From assembly GCA_030649345.1 (NCBI GenBank), contig JAUSKK010000040.1, positions 1 to 32,000 of the forward strand: a stretch of DNA of 32,000 bases. Direction: 5' to 3'. The notes beneath the pieces are model-generated. The model was not told the origin of the DNA and made no database searches. It saw only the letters and a program-made list of their open reading frames with translations. This document shows, one piece after another, positions 31,216 through 32,000 of the stretch. The stretch comes from Candidatus Iainarchaeum sp. Lineage in GTDB: Archaea; Iainarchaeota; Iainarchaeia; Iainarchaeales; 0-14-0-20-34-12. The translations under genes and the position numbers were made by a program. Positions within the stretch are counted from its first letter, which is position 1, and each line of letters starts with the position of its first letter.

Positions 31216-32000
31216 ATGGGTGCTTTGGAAGTTTTAGAATCTATCAAACGTTGTGGTTTGAATATGGTGGATTTAAAGTTTGTGGACTTATTGGGGCAAT
31301 GGCAGCATTTTACTATTCCTATTTCAGAAATTGATGAAGATAGTTTGCGTGCTGGGTTTGGTTTTGATGGCTCAAGTCTTCGAGGTTTTCAAAAAATTCA
31401 TGAAAGTGACATGATTTTAATTCCAGATTTAAGTACTTCTTTTATTGATCCGTTTTCGAACAAAACTCTTTCTTTAATTGGAGATATTCGAGATCCTGTG
31501 AAAAATTCGTTTTATTCTAGAGACCCAAGATATATTTCGAAGAAAGCTGAACAGTATTTGCTGGAAAAAGGAATTGCGGATGTAAGTTATTGGGGCCCGG
31601 AAGCAGAATTTTTTATTTTTGATCATGTTCGTTTTAATCAAAGCATGAATGAAGCTTTTTATCATATTGATTCTGAAGAAGGTTCTTGGAATTCAGGGCA
31701 TGAAAAGCATTCTCCTGAAAATGGAGACTTAACTCGAAACTTAGGATATAAAGTTCGAAGCAAAGAAGGTTATTTTCCTGTAGCGCCCCATGATTCTTTG
31801 CAGAATATTCGAAACGATATTTGCACGACCTTAGAATCCTGTGGCATTCGTGTGGAATTTCACCACCATGAAGTTGCTACAGCTGGCCAGTGTGAAATTG
31901 ATATGCGTTTTCAAAGTTTAACTAAAATGGCAGACCAAGTAATGACTTACAAATATGTAGTGAAAAATATTGCACGAAAATACAATAAAACTGCAACTTT
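31216..32000 (+). CDS. glnA: Glutamine synthetase type I, N-terminal about 261 codons (runs off the window end)
   Basis: Translated by eye: MGALEVLESIKRCGLNMVDLKFVDLLGQWQHFTIP...GFDGSSLRGFQKIHESDMILIPD...YWGPEAEFFIFD...EFHHHEVATAGQCEIDMRF. It is absent from the track because there is no stop codon in the window. Confidence 0.9.
   Translation, partial: MGALEVLESIKRCGLNMVDLKFVDLLGQWQHFTIPISEIDEDSLRAGFGFDGSSLRGFQKIHESDMILIPDLSTSFIDPFSNKTLSLIGDIRDPVKNSFYSRDPRYISKKAEQYLLEKGIADVSYWGPEAEFFIFDHVRFNQSMNEAFYHIDSEEGSWNSGHEKHSPENGDLTRNLGYKVRSKEGYFPVAPHDSLQNIRNDICTTLESCGIRVEFHHHEVATAGQCEIDMRFQSLTKMADQVMTYKYVVKNIARKYNKTAT

Noticed and set aside
1-32000. CRISPR arrays, rRNA genes, transposases/IS elements, and reverse transcriptase/DGR components
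   Set aside because: I scanned for regularly spaced direct repeats, terminal inverted repeats with transposase-like ORFs, and YxDD-type RT motifs, and found none. The only tandem repeats are the 27-bp coding repeat at 14597-14669 and the duplicated lipoprotein 5' block.

Overview
AT-rich, gene-dense archaeal chromosome segment. Archaeal origin is supported by an archaeal-architecture AlaRS, an RNase P RNA, a tRNA with a bulge-helix-bulge intron, and TATA-like boxes about 25 nt upstream of many start codons. The small-genome style suggests a DPANN-like lineage, but that is inference only. All family assignments come from motifs read by eye in the ORF translations, because no searches could be run.

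Housekeeping genes: tgt, pyruvate kinase, a YbaK-like deacylase, alaS, a class IV aminotransferase, Lrp/AsnC and partial glnA. RNA genes: RNase P RNA (minus strand), tRNA-Leu(UAG), and tRNA-Val(CAC) with a 51-nt intron.

The accessory content is dominated by envelope and secreted proteins:
- A 4x Cys-containing Ig-like repeat protein.
- Five lipobox (G-C-T) signal peptides, one of them on a frameshifted gene.
- A secreted SLT-type lytic transglycosylase directly downstream of a HerA/FtsK-type ATPase.
- A same-strand run ending in tandem Cys-rich lipoprotein paralogs and a membrane-anchored protein with three CxxC thioredoxin-like domains.

Other modules: VapBC, a class II Fic plus an HExxH (ImmA/IrrE-like) protein, a free-standing LAGLIDADG ORF that runs 50 nt into tRNA-Leu, an orphan multi-HTH protein pair, and a copper module (His-rich membrane peptide, ArsR-type regulator, TRASH-HMA CopA). 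Several promoter-proximal palindromes or repeats and a six-hairpin intergenic array are visible directly in the DNA. No CRISPR array, rRNA, transposase or reverse transcriptase was seen.

The best candidates for something new are the ATPase + murein-hydrolase pair in an archaeon and the extracytoplasmic Cys-rich lipoprotein / triple-thioredoxin cluster.
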